In this document: in pieces, positions 47,425 through 58,564 of the stretch
How the letters are laid out: the number at the start of each line of letters is the position of its first letter
Numbering within the stretch: the stretch's first letter is position 1
Source of the DNA: an uncultured delta proteobacterium
GTDB lineage: Bacteria; Myxococcota_A; Polyangia; Haliangiales; Haliangiaceae
Reading direction: 5' to 3'
Length of the DNA: 64,000 bases
NCBI GenBank assembly: GCA_963743525.1
Contig: CAVUQH010000004.1
Location: 704,001 to 768,000 of the forward strand
Made by a program: the position numbers and the translations under genes
Notes under the pieces: model-generated
What the model was told of the DNA's origin: nothing
The model's database searches: none
What the model saw: only the letters and a program-made list of their open reading frames with translations

Positions 47425-47982
47425 TCACGACAACGTCCCTCCCAGCGCGGCGTTGCGCTCGCGCGGCGAGCGGGCAAAGCGGGCGTCGACCGAGCGGCAC
47501 AAGCGGAACACCAGCGGCCCGGCCAGGCCGGTGAGCAGCGCCGAGGCGAACAGCGTCTTCAGCTCGCCGCCCAGGCTGCCGGGCACCAGCCCGGAGCTGG
47601 CGCGAACGATCAGCATCACCAGCCCAGCCGTGGCGCCGGTGACCGTCGAGAAGATGATGGTCACCATGCGACCGCGAACGATCAGCGCGCTGTGCACCAG
47701 GTGGCCGACCAGGCACACCACGCCGGCGGTGAACGCGATCAGCCCGCGCGGCGAGCCGGCCAACAGATCGCCGAGGTATCCCAGGATCACCGCGCCCAGC
47801 GTCGGCGGCGCGATGCGCAAGAGCATCGGGCCGACGTTCACCGGCCGCGCGGTCAAGCCCAGGTAGACGGCGACCAGGGCGATGACGTCGGGCGCGGCAA
47901 AATCGATCGGCAGCAGGCGCCAGATGCCACCGAGCACCAGCACCAGGCCGTAGCCGAGAAAGACGTGCGCCGTGACCCGCAT
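47425..47982 (-). CDS. mreD: Rod shape-determining protein MreD
   Basis: Hydrophobic; PD..V.Y.G and GYLGDLL; located between mreC and mrdA. Confidence 0.8.
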   Translation of the reverse strand: MRVTAHVFLGYGLVLVLGGIWRLLPIDFAAPDVIALVAVYLGLTARPVNVGPMLLRIAPPTLGAVILGYLGDLLAGSPRGLIAFTAGVVCLVGHLVHSALIVRGRMVTIIFSTVTGATAGLVMLIVRASSGLVPGSLGGELKTLFASALLTGLAGPLVFRLCRSVDARFARSPRERNAALGGTLS

Positions 47983-48875
47983 CAGAACGCCCTCGTGCCG
48001 TAGGCCGACGCCGACCGCTCGAGCTCGCCGGCGTGTGGATCCGGCGGCGGCGGATCGGCGATGAGCACCAGCAGCGGGCCCAGGTCGGAGAAGTCGACGG
48101 CCGGCTCGACCTCGACCTCCTGGAACAAACCGTAGGCTGGATGCGCGACCTTGGCCACCTTGCCGACCACCAGTCCGCGGGGGAAGCCGCCACCCAGACC
48201 GCTGGTCACCACCGGATCGCCGACGGCGACATCGTCACCCTGCAGGTGGGCGATCTTGCCGGCGTAGCGCGACTGCTCGGCGATTCCGACCAGCGATCCG
48301 ACCGAGCCGGTGCGCGGCGCGATCACCGGGATCTTGGAGATCGGATCGGTCAGCAAAAGGACGTCCGAGTAGTCGCCGTAGGCGTGGAGGATGCGGCCGA
48401 CCAGGCCGTCGGCGTTGATCACCGGCATGCCCGGCTGAACCTCGGACTTGCCGCGGTCGATGCGCACGCGGACGACGCGGAACGACGGCGTCAGGCTGGC
48501 GCCGACGACCCGCGCTCCGACCGTCTCGGCGTCCATCTTCTGGCGCAAGCCGGACAGGCCCTCCAGCACGTCGGCGTCGGCGGCCTTGTTCCGCGCGGCG
48601 GCCAGCTGCTGGCGCAGGCGAATGTTGTCGGCGCGCAGCTTCTGGTTCTCGCCGTCGACGTTGACCAGCCAGACGTAGTGGCTCCAGGCGCCGCCGAGCC
48701 CCTCGACCACCCACGACACCGCCGCCTGCAGCGGCGACGAGATGCGCAAGACCGCCTTGTCGAAGCCGTTGAGCTCCGATGGGTCCTTCAAGCTGGAGTG
48801 GAGGATGAGGACCGGGACCAGGAGCAGAAAGCCCGCGAGCGTGTAGTCCAGGACCCGTCGACGCAACAGCGCCAT
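47982..48875 (-). CDS. mreC: Rod shape-determining protein MreC
   Basis: ENQKLR coiled coil, GMPVIN..GLVGR, VTSGLGGGFPRG, PAVDF. Confidence 0.93.
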   Translation of the reverse strand: MALLRRRVLDYTLAGFLLLVPVLILHSSLKDPSELNGFDKAVLRISSPLQAAVSWVVEGLGGAWSHYVWLVNVDGENQKLRADNIRLRQQLAAARNKAADADVLEGLSGLRQKMDAETVGARVVGASLTPSFRVVRVRIDRGKSEVQPGMPVINADGLVGRILHAYGDYSDVLLLTDPISKIPVIAPRTGSVGSLVGIAEQSRYAGKIAHLQGDDVAVGDPVVTSGLGGGFPRGLVVGKVAKVAHPAYGLFQEVEVEPAVDFSDLGPLLVLIADPPPPDPHAGELERSASAYGTRAF

Positions 48876-48900
48876 GATCAGCTCACGCGGGTCCCCCTGC

Positions 48901-49941
<1,041 letters not shown>

Positions 49942-50226
49942 TCAGCGCGCCCCTGTGGATGACCTGTGGATACTGTTCGCGAAACGCCCGGAACCTCGAA
50001 GATAATCCCTAAATAACCGGCAGATAGGGCGGCCCGAGCCCACTGGGAGTAGCACGTCTGTCGCGCGATCTGCAAGCGATTCCGCGATCGTAAGAGAGAT
50101 TGCCGGGGGCGCGTGGACCTCGACCCGGGGGTCAGCAGTCTGTCGCGACGTCAGGCCCCCTCGCAGTGGCGCTGGACGGCACGGCGAGCTAGGATGCCGC
50201 GCCTTTTACAGCAGGCATTTGCACCC

Positions 50227-52176
50227 ATGCTCGAGCAGCTACGGCAGTCATCCAAGTCCTTCATCATCTGGATCCTCTTCGGGATCATCATCCTGGTCTT
50301 CATCATCAGCTTTGGACCTCAGGCCAACCAGCAGATCGGCTGCGGTGCGGGCAAGAACCAGATCCTGGTGGTCAACGGCCACGACGTTGACCAGTCGTCC
50401 TGGCGCTTTGCCGTCAACGGCCTGCCGCAGCTGCTACCCCAGCTCCTGCGCGGCCGCGACAAGCAGGGCCGCGACTACATGACCATGGACCTCCTGCTCA
50501 TGCGTGAGCTGCTGGCCCAGGGGGGCGAGGATGCCGGCTTCCGCATCTCCGACAAGCTCGCCGAAGACGAGGTCAAGAAGGGCAACTGGTTCTTCCTCGG
50601 TTACCCCGCGGGCAAGAGCTGGTTCTTCGTCAACGGCTACTTCAACTACGACCGACTCGAGCGCCACGCCCAGGGCCTGGGCCTGACCAGCGTCAACCAG
50701 TTCATCCGCCAACAGCGGCGCGAGCTGATGGCCGAGTCGATGCGCTCGCTGATCATCGCCGGCGTCGACGTTTCGCGCGACGAGGTGTTGGCCGAGTACA
50801 ACCACCAGCACACCACGGCGACCGTCCAGTACGTGCGCTTCTCCAGCGCCGCGTACAGCCTGCCCAATCCCAGCGATGCGGAGATCGCCGGCTATCTCGC
50901 GGACCACGAGAAGGACGTCAAGGCCAAGTACGACGCCGAGGCGGTCAACTACAAGGACACCAAGCCGTCGGTGAAGCTGCGCGAGATCTTCATCGACAAG
51001 GGCGACGACGCCGCGGCGTCCGAGGCCAAGGCCAAGGACGTGCTGGCCAAGCTCGATGCCGGCGGCGACTTCGCCGCGCTGGCCAGGGAGATGAGCGACG
51101 ACAAGGCGACCGCCGAGCGCGGTGGCCTGATCGGTTGGCGCCGCCTCGACCGCCCCGGCCTGCCCGATCCCAAGCTGACCGACGCGCTGGCCAAGCTCGA
51201 AGCGGGCAAGCACAGCGGCGTGATCGACACCGACCGCGGCCACTACATCCTCGCGGTCAACGCCAAGCGCGAGGGCGACCTCAGCTTCGACCAGGTGAAG
51301 ATGGAGATCGCCCGCGGCATGGCCGTGCAGGCGATGGCCAAGAAGGCAGCCAAGGCCGACGCCGACGCCGCCCTCGCCCAGCTGGGTCAGAACGGCAAGC
51401 TGTCCGACCTGTTCGACACCGCGCCGGTTCGCCCGACCTTCGATCCGAATCAGCTGCCCCAGGGGATCACGCCCGAGCAGCTCGAGCAGTTGATCAAGCA
51501 GCAGGCCCAGAAGGGTGAGACCGGCAGCATCATCGTCACCGGTGACGCGATCCCGGCCGAGTGGACCAATCAGGACGGCGACGGCGCCGGCGCCGGTGGC
51601 AAGCCGGCCACCCCACCCCCGGCCAAGCCGGCCAAGGCCGAGCCGGTCAAGGTCAAGGTGACGCCGAAGGCCAAGGCCAAGGCCAACGCCAAGACCGACG
51701 CCGCCGGCAGCGCCGACGCCGACGCCGACAAGCACCTGTTCCACTCCCCGGACGACGGCCTGCCGCGCCCGGCCAACCTGAAGATGCCCAAGATCCAGCA
51801 CCAGGGGCCGTTCCAGCGCGACGTCAAGCAGATCCCGGGCCTCGGCGAGTCCAAGGCGGCGGTCCAGGCGGTGTTCGAGGGTCTCGAGATCGGCCAGGTC
51901 GCCCACCAGGTGTTCGAGATCGGCAACGACTACGTCATCCTCGAGCTGGCCGGCCGAACCGACCCGGACCTCGACCAGTTCACCAAGGACGAGCCCCAGC
52001 TGCTGCAGCAGGCGCGCCTCGAGAAGGCCCAGGACGTCCTCGGCCAGTGGCTCAAGGACCGCTGCGAGAAGGTGGCCAAGGCTGGCGAGATCCAGGTGAA
52101 CCAGTCGCTGTTCGACGTCACCGACGACAAGGGCCAAAAGATCCCGGGAAATTACAAACCGTGTCAGTTCTTCTAG
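50227..52176 (+). CDS. SurA N-terminal/PpiD-like membrane-anchored peptidyl-prolyl isomerase
   Basis: MLEQLRQ plus TM helix, SurA_N helices, parvulin FAALAREMSDDKAT..GGLIGW; divergent from mreB. Confidence 0.85.
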   Translation: MLEQLRQSSKSFIIWILFGIIILVFIISFGPQANQQIGCGAGKNQILVVNGHDVDQSSWRFAVNGLPQLLPQLLRGRDKQGRDYMTMDLLLMRELLAQGGEDAGFRISDKLAEDEVKKGNWFFLGYPAGKSWFFVNGYFNYDRLERHAQGLGLTSVNQFIRQQRRELMAESMRSLIIAGVDVSRDEVLAEYNHQHTTATVQYVRFSSAAYSLPNPSDAEIAGYLADHEKDVKAKYDAEAVNYKDTKPSVKLREIFIDKGDDAAASEAKAKDVLAKLDAGGDFAALAREMSDDKATAERGGLIGWRRLDRPGLPDPKLTDALAKLEAGKHSGVIDTDRGHYILAVNAKREGDLSFDQVKMEIARGMAVQAMAKKAAKADADAALAQLGQNGKLSDLFDTAPVRPTFDPNQLPQGITPEQLEQLIKQQAQKGETGSIIVTGDAIPAEWTNQDGDGAGAGGKPATPPPAKPAKAEPVKVKVTPKAKAKANAKTDAAGSADADADKHLFHSPDDGLPRPANLKMPKIQHQGPFQRDVKQIPGLGESKAAVQAVFEGLEIGQVAHQVFEIGNDYVILELAGRTDPDLDQFTKDEPQLLQQARLEKAQDVLGQWLKDRCEKVAKAGEIQVNQSLFDVTDDKGQKIPGNYKPCQFF

Positions 52177-52271
52177 CCCTGCGGGCGTAGAAGAACGACC
52201 TCCCGGGCGCTTCGCGTCCTGTGAACGGGGGAGAGCGCTTCGCCCGCGCCTTCGGCGCGCGAAGCTCCCCC
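52167..52271. repeat. Cluster of nested REP-like hairpins
   Basis: GTTCTTCTA/TAGAAGAAC arms; GGGCGC-TTC-GCGTCC; GGGGGA..GCTTCGC..CGCGCC-TTC-GGCGCG..GCGAAGC..TCCCCC. Confidence 0.55.
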
Positions 52272-52364
52272 ACATGCCCCCGAATCGAGTCGCGGCAAGC
52301 CCACCAGAGCTCGCGACCCACCGCGCAAGGTCGCGGAAGTGCTAAGCTCGCGTCTGTTCGGGGC

Positions 52365-55300
52365 ATGATTCACGTGGGTCAGGACATGGGTGTCCCCGCG
52401 CGGCTGGGGTTCACCTTCCGCTTCGCCGGCGGTGCCGGCAAGCTGGCGCTCGAGGACCTCAGTTTCTTCGGCTGGCTGCGCGTCGAGCGGCTCGAGCTCG
52501 ACGTGCCCGGCTTGTCGCTGCCGGTCAACCTGTCGGCCGGCCCGGAGATCTTCCAGCGGCACCGCACCCGCGTGCGCCTGGCGTCGCTGCGCGTCGACAA
52601 CCTCGACCTCGATCGATTCCTCGCCACCCGCGTCGGCACGCTGGCCGAGCTCGGCGTCAACCAGCTGGAGGTGCGCACCTGCGACGGCTACCTGGCAGCC
52701 GAGTGCCGTGTGCGCGAGGGGCCGCACGTCGCCGATCTCACCTTCCGCGTCAGCCCGGCGCGCGGCGACGACCCGGTGTCGCTGCGGCTGGTGATCCACG
52801 ACGCCCGGATCTACGGCTTCTTGCCCACGCCGGCGCCACTGGTCGCCCACCGCATCGTCGCCGCGATCCTCGGCGCCGCAGGCGACAGCGGCCCGGCCCG
52901 CGTCGAAGGGCTGGGGCTGTTCACCATCGCGCCGCTGCGCACCTTCTTGTGGAACACGTTGCCGCCGGCCGGCTGGCGCCTGCCCGCGACCGGCACCGTC
53001 GGCGTGGCGCTGGCTCGCGTCACGCGCACGGCGCTGCAGCTCAGCTACACGCCGCTGGCCGACGACGACGAGATCCCGCCGCTAGCCGGCGACGACGAGG
53101 TCGCGCTGCGCGCCGCCTACCGCGACGCCGACGAGCGCCTGCGCGCCGGCGACATCCCCGGCGCCATCCGCGCCTACCGCGCCGAGCTCGCCAGCGGCGG
53201 CCCCGAACAGACCTTCGTCGTCGAGCGATTGCTGGCGGTGGCGGCGGCGCAGCCGACCTACTTCGTCAACGCCGTCGAGCTGTCGCGGCAAACCCTCGGG
53301 CGCCACCCCGACTTCGCTCCCGCCCACGCCGCGCTGGCGTCGATCGCGATCGGTGAGGACGACTGGGTCGCCGCCGCCGCCCGCTACCGCACGCTGTCGG
53401 ATCTGGCCGAAGCCGCAGGCGACGACCTCGGCGCGGTGCGCGCCGCGCTGACCGGTGCGCGCTTGATGCGCACCGTCAACCCGGCCGAGTCAACGCCGCT
53501 CTACGATCGAGTGCTGGCCCACCGGCCGCGCCACGCCGAGGCGGCCGAGGCGCTGTCGGAACGCTACGCCGCAGAGGAGCGCTGGCACGAGCTGGCCCGC
53601 TTGATCCGCGGCCGCCTGGGCGCCAGCGCCGACGCCGCGCATCGCTCGCGCGACCACCTGCGGCTGGCGGTGATCCTGCGCGATCAGCTCGACGATCCGG
53701 ACGGCGCGCGCGCCGAGCTGACGCTGGCGTGCGAGCTGGATCCACAGCACGTCGCCGCCCTCGAGGAGCTGGCCGCCCTCGAGCTGGCGCTGGGCGAGCC
53801 GATGCGCGCCCGCGACGCCCTCGATCGCGCCGCCGAGCTGCTCGCCCGCCGCGGCGACGATCGCGGGCAGGCACGGGTACTGGCCGGCGCCGGCGACGCG
53901 GCCGTGGCCGCCGACGACAGCAGCGGCGCCGAGAGCCGGTACCGCCGCGCGCTCGAGCTCGACCCCGACAGCGAAGCGGCGCTGTCCGGCGCAGCCGCGG
54001 TGCTCGAGCAGCGCGGCGCGATCGACGAGGCGATCGCCCTGTGGCAACGGCTCATCGACGCCAGCGTCGGCGCACCCGCGCGCCAGGCGCGCTACGCGTG
54101 CGAGCTGGGACGCAGCCTGTTGGCGAGCAACGACATCGACGGCGCGCGTGCCGCGCTGGCCGGTGCCGCCGACGCCGACGACGCCGAGCTGCGCGCCCGC
54201 GCCCGCTCGCTGCTCGCCGACGCCCACGAAGCCGCCGCCGATCGCGACGCCGCCGCGGCCGAGCTGGCCGACGCGGTCGGCGCACTGGTCAGCGCCGCCG
54301 AGCGCGCCGAGGCCGAGCGCGCGGTCAACCTGCGCCGCCGAGCCGCCGAGCTGACCCTCGCGCGCGGCCACCACCTGGCCGGCAGCGAACATCCCGACGA
54401 CGCCGCGCAGGCGTTCGAGCTGGCCCACTCACTGGCGGAGAACGACGCCCCCGAGGTCGCGCGCCAGGCGGCCACCGAGCTGCTGCGCATCGCCGACGCC
54501 GCCGACGATCTGGTCGCCGCACAGCGCTGGATCGATGCTCTGCTCGCGCTCGCCGGCGACGACAGCGAGCGCGCGTCGCTGCTCGTCCACCGCGCCGAAG
54601 AAGCGCTGTCCGCGGGCCGCACCGACGACGCCTTGCGCGACATCGACGCCGCCGCCCGGCTCGACACGTCGGGCGATCTGCGCGGGCGGATCCTCGGCAC
54701 CCGCGCCGCCACCCTGGCCGCCGCCGACGATCACGCCGGGCAGGCCCACGCGCTGCACGCCCTGGCCGAGAACAGCAGCGGACTGGCCGCCCTCGAAGCC
54801 GAGACCGGTGCCGCCCGCGCCTGGCTCGAGGCCGGAGAGGCGGCTGCGGCGCTCGACGCCGCGCGCCGCGCGGTGGCGATGTCGTATCAGCTCGACGAGG
54901 TCGACGCCGACGCAACCCGCGCCATCGACGGCGCCCACGAAGTGCTGGCCGACTCCGCCTGGCGCAAGCGCGCGTGGGACGACGTAGCCCGCGGTTACGA
55001 GCGCCTGGCCGACGCGCCGTGCGACTCGGCCGCGCGCGCCCGCCGCCTGGCTCGCTACGGCGTCGCCCTGCGCGCGCTCGATCGCCGCGACAGCGCGCGC
55101 GACGCCCTGGCCCGCGCCCTCGACGAAGCGGACGCACCGGCGGACATCCGCGCCGAGGCCGCGCGCGAGCTGTCGGAGCTGTTGCAGACCGGCGGCAATC
55201 CGGCCGGTGCAGCCGCGGTGCTCGAACGCCTGGCGTCGGACGAAGAGGCCGCCAACGAGAGCGCCCGCGCCGACGCCTGGTATCGCGCCGGCGAGCTGTA

Positions 55301-58300
55301 CGCCCAGGACGACGACAGCCGCTCCGACTCCGAGCGCTGCCTCGAGGCGTGCCTGCGCCTGGTGCCCGACCACATGCCGGCGCTCGACGCGCTCGAGCGG
55401 ATCAAGCGCGCCGACGGCGACCTCGATCGCGTGGCCGTGATCCTCGGCCGCAAGATCGCCGCGACCGCGCGCCACCCCGGTCGGCAGAAGGCATTGCTCG
55501 TGCGCCTGGCCGAGATCCAGGGACACGAGCTGGAGCGCGCCGACGCCGCCCGCGAGGCCTACCTCCGCGCGCTCGAGATCGATCCCGACTACCGCCCGGC
55601 CCTGCGGCTGTCGGCCGCCGACGCCGAAGCCGAGGGCGATCTGGAGCTGGCCACCGAGCTGTACTCGCGGCTGTCGCTGGCGCTGCCCGGTGATGACGAG
55701 CTGCCCGACGACGCCACGTCGCTGACCGACGAGCGCTACCTGGCGCTGCAGGCGCTGGCGCGACTTGCGCAGGCGCGCAACGACGAGATCGATCTGGCCG
55801 ACGCGCTGGCGCGCCTGGCCGCCGCCACCCACGCGCGCGGCGACGTCGCCGAGGCCGAGCGCCTGCGCCATGAGGTCGACCGGCTGTCCCACGGCGACGA
55901 ACAGCCGCCGGCCGAAGCTCCCGAGCGCGACGCGGTGGTCGCCGAAGCCCGCGCGCTGGAAGCCGACGAACGCGACCGCGAAGCCGCCGAGCTGCTCGAC
56001 CGGGCGCGCGCCGCCGGCACCTTGCCGGAAGAAGGCGCGGTGCTGCTGGCCGCGCTGCAGCGCGAGTGCGAGCGCAAGGCCGAGCTGGCCGCGTCGCTCG
56101 AGCGCGACGCCGACGACGCCGACGGAATGGACGCCCTGCCCGCCCTGCGCAAGGCGCTGCACCTGTACCAGCACAGCCTGGGCGACGACGACAGCGGCCG
56201 ACGCGTTCGCGTGCGGATGCAGCAGGTGGCGGCCGAATACGACCAGGGCGCCAGCCCCCAACCGGAGGAGGAAGCCGTCGTCGACGCCATCGCCGACGAG
56301 GTCGCGCTGGGGCAAACTCTCGAGACCGAGGGGCGCGAAGACGCCGCCATCGCCCGTTACGAAGAGGCGGCGCTGCTCGCCCCCGAGGACCGCCGGCCGC
56401 TGGAAGCGCTCGAGCGGCTGTACGGTGCCCGCGGCGATGCCGAGGCGCTGAGCGAGGTGCTCGGTCGGATGGTCGTGCTCGAGACCGACCCCGGGCAGCG
56501 CGGCCAGCTGTGGCGGCGGCGCGCCCGCCTCTACCGCGACGCCCTGCACCGCGAAGCCGAGACCTACCGCTGCCTCAAAGAGGCATACGCCTGCGACCCC
56601 GACAGCGGCGAGATCGCGCACGAGCTCCGCGCCGTGGCGATGGTCCGCGGCGAGTGGGCGCTGGCCGCCGAGCTGCTGTACGCCGAGATCGCCGCCGCTG
56701 CCGACCAGCGCGAGGCCGGCGCCCTCCACCACGAGCTGGCGCTCATCTTCGACGAGAAGCTGCTCGACCCCGACGGCGCGCGCCTCAACTACGAACAGGC
56801 GCTCGCTCTCGACCCCGACATCCCGGCATCGCCCGAGCCGCTGGCCCGACTGTACGAGCTGTCCGGCGACCTGGCCGCCGCCGGACACATGCACGAGTTG
56901 GCGGCCGAGCGCGCGCGCGGCGAGTCCGACCGCGGCCGCTGCTACCAGCGCGCCGCGCTGTGCGCCGAGCGCGTGGGCGACGAGATCGAGGCCCGGCGCC
57001 TGTACAACCTCGCCGCCCTGGCGGTCAGCGACGACGAGGACAGCCACCGCGCCCACGCCGCCCTGGCGCGGCTGTCGGCGGCCGCCCAGGGACCGTTCTC
57101 GCACAACGAGCTGCTCGAGCTGCGCCTCAGCGAAGAGACCGACGGCGAGCGCCGCATCGATCTCTTGCGCGAGATGCTCGAGGCCGCCGTTGCCACCGGC
57201 GACGAGCGCAGCACCGTGCGCTACGCCGAGATCCTTCTGGCCGCCGACCCATCGGATGCATCGGCCTACCGCGAGCTGCGCGATCGCGCCGCGGCCAACG
57301 GCAACTGGGACGCCCTGGCCAACCTGCAAGAGCTGCGCGCCAACGCCACCGACGACCCTCTCGATCGGTCGGCCCGCTACTACGAGCTGGGCCGCCTCTA
57401 CCTGGATCGGCTGCGCGACGTCAACGCCGCGGTCACCGCCTTCGAACAGGCGCTGGAGAGCCAACCGGATCACGCCGGCGCGATCGAGGCACTGGCCGCC
57501 GTCGCCTATGGCAAGGCCGACTGGCCCAAGGCGCGTGGGCTGTATCTGCGCCTGGCTCCCGAGACCGCGACGATGGCCCGCGACGCGCTGTGGGTGCGCC
57601 GCGGCGAGGTCGCCGAGGCGATGGGCCTCGAGCGCGAAGCCCTGGACGCCTTCCTGACATCGATCCAGCACGCGCCGTCCAACCGCACCGCCCTGGCCGC
57701 GGTCGCGCGCACGGCATCGCGGCTGGGCGATCATCGGCAAGCGCGCGAGGCGCTCGAGACGCTGGTCGAGCTGTTGCCCCTGGACGACGTCAAGGGCGTC
57801 AGCCTGGCGCGCCTGCAGCTGGGCGAGCTCAGCCGCAAGCTGGGCGAGCACGACCGCGCCATCGACTACTACGAGATGGTCCTGGCCGAGGATCCCGAGT
57901 CGCGGCAGGCGTTGGGCGCGCTGGTCGACCTGTACGGCGAGCGCGGTGACTACGAGTCGGTGGTGCGGGCGCTGACCACGCTCACCGCGCTGGCGGCGAC
58001 GCCGGCCCAGCAGGCCGAGCTGCTCTACCGCCGCGGCGAGCTGTATCGCACCAGGCTCGGCGACGCCGACCTGGCTGCCGACGCGTATCTCAAGGGGATC
58101 GACCTCGACCCCAGCCACGTGCCCACCCTGCGCCGGCTGATCGACTACTACTGGCGCACCGAGGACGACGCCGGCCTGGTCGAGATCGCCCGCGACCTCG
58201 ATACCCAGCGCGCCCTGCCCGGCACCGATCCACTGCCGCTGGCGCGCGCGCTGGTCGCCGCCGGCGTGCGCGGCAATGCGACCCTGGCCCGGGCCATCGC

Positions 58301-58514
58301 CTCGACCCTGGCCTCGGAGACCGCCGAGACCCTGGCCGCCGCGCTGGCCGAGGCGTCCCGGGACCGCCCCGCCGATGCGATCGACGATCTGGCCGGCGCC
58401 GCAGTCCGCCTGTGCGCGGCCATCGAGGGACTTTCCGCCGACGATCTGGCCAGCCGCACAGCTCGCCGCGGCGCCTCCGAAGCGCTGACCGCCCGGCTCC
58501 GTCCGGCCCATTGA
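52365..58514 (+). CDS. Giant TPR-repeat protein (about 2050 aa)
   Basis: Uninterrupted ORF; many TPR signatures (YRRALELDPD, YLRALEIDPD, YEQALALDPD); beta-rich non-TPR N-terminus. Start ATG 52365 or slightly downstream. Confidence 0.85.
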   Translation: MIHVGQDMGVPARLGFTFRFAGGAGKLALEDLSFFGWLRVERLELDVPGLSLPVNLSAGPEIFQRHRTRVRLASLRVDNLDLDRFLATRVGTLAELGVNQLEVRTCDGYLAAECRVREGPHVADLTFRVSPARGDDPVSLRLVIHDARIYGFLPTPAPLVAHRIVAAILGAAGDSGPARVEGLGLFTIAPLRTFLWNTLPPAGWRLPATGTVGVALARVTRTALQLSYTPLADDDEIPPLAGDDEVALRAAYRDADERLRAGDIPGAIRAYRAELASGGPEQTFVVERLLAVAAAQPTYFVNAVELSRQTLGRHPDFAPAHAALASIAIGEDDWVAAAARYRTLSDLAEAAGDDLGAVRAALTGARLMRTVNPAESTPLYDRVLAHRPRHAEAAEALSERYAAEERWHELARLIRGRLGASADAAHRSRDHLRLAVILRDQLDDPDGARAELTLACELDPQHVAALEELAALELALGEPMRARDALDRAAELLARRGDDRGQARVLAGAGDAAVAADDSSGAESRYRRALELDPDSEAALSGAAAVLEQRGAIDEAIALWQRLIDASVGAPARQARYACELGRSLLASNDIDGARAALAGAADADDAELRARARSLLADAHEAAADRDAAAAELADAVGALVSAAERAEAERAVNLRRRAAELTLARGHHLAGSEHPDDAAQAFELAHSLAENDAPEVARQAATELLRIADAADDLVAAQRWIDALLALAGDDSERASLLVHRAEEALSAGRTDDALRDIDAAARLDTSGDLRGRILGTRAATLAAADDHAGQAHALHALAENSSGLAALEAETGAARAWLEAGEAAAALDAARRAVAMSYQLDEVDADATRAIDGAHEVLADSAWRKRAWDDVARGYERLADAPCDSAARARRLARYGVALRALDRRDSARDALARALDEADAPADIRAEAARELSELLQTGGNPAGAAAVLERLASDEEAANESARADAWYRAGELYAQDDDSRSDSERCLEACLRLVPDHMPALDALERIKRADGDLDRVAVILGRKIAATARHPGRQKALLVRLAEIQGHELERADAAREAYLRALEIDPDYRPALRLSAADAEAEGDLELATELYSRLSLALPGDDELPDDATSLTDERYLALQALARLAQARNDEIDLADALARLAAATHARGDVAEAERLRHEVDRLSHGDEQPPAEAPERDAVVAEARALEADERDREAAELLDRARAAGTLPEEGAVLLAALQRECERKAELAASLERDADDADGMDALPALRKALHLYQHSLGDDDSGRRVRVRMQQVAAEYDQGASPQPEEEAVVDAIADEVALGQTLETEGREDAAIARYEEAALLAPEDRRPLEALERLYGARGDAEALSEVLGRMVVLETDPGQRGQLWRRRARLYRDALHREAETYRCLKEAYACDPDSGEIAHELRAVAMVRGEWALAAELLYAEIAAAADQREAGALHHELALIFDEKLLDPDGARLNYEQALALDPDIPASPEPLARLYELSGDLAAAGHMHELAAERARGESDRGRCYQRAALCAERVGDEIEARRLYNLAALAVSDDEDSHRAHAALARLSAAAQGPFSHNELLELRLSEETDGERRIDLLREMLEAAVATGDERSTVRYAEILLAADPSDASAYRELRDRAAANGNWDALANLQELRANATDDPLDRSARYYELGRLYLDRLRDVNAAVTAFEQALESQPDHAGAIEALAAVAYGKADWPKARGLYLRLAPETATMARDALWVRRGEVAEAMGLEREALDAFLTSIQHAPSNRTALAAVARTASRLGDHRQAREALETLVELLPLDDVKGVSLARLQLGELSRKLGEHDRAIDYYEMVLAEDPESRQALGALVDLYGERGDYESVVRALTTLTALAATPAQQAELLYRRGELYRTRLGDADLAADAYLKGIDLDPSHVPTLRRLIDYYWRTEDDAGLVEIARDLDTQRALPGTDPLPLARALVAAGVRGNATLARAIASTLASETAETLAAALAEASRDRPADAIDDLAGAAVRLCAAIEGLSADDLASRTARRGASEALTARLRPAH

Positions 58515-58564
58515 CAGCCCCGTCGACCGGGCGCGATAGTGCCTCACCAGCGGAGGGGAGCACG

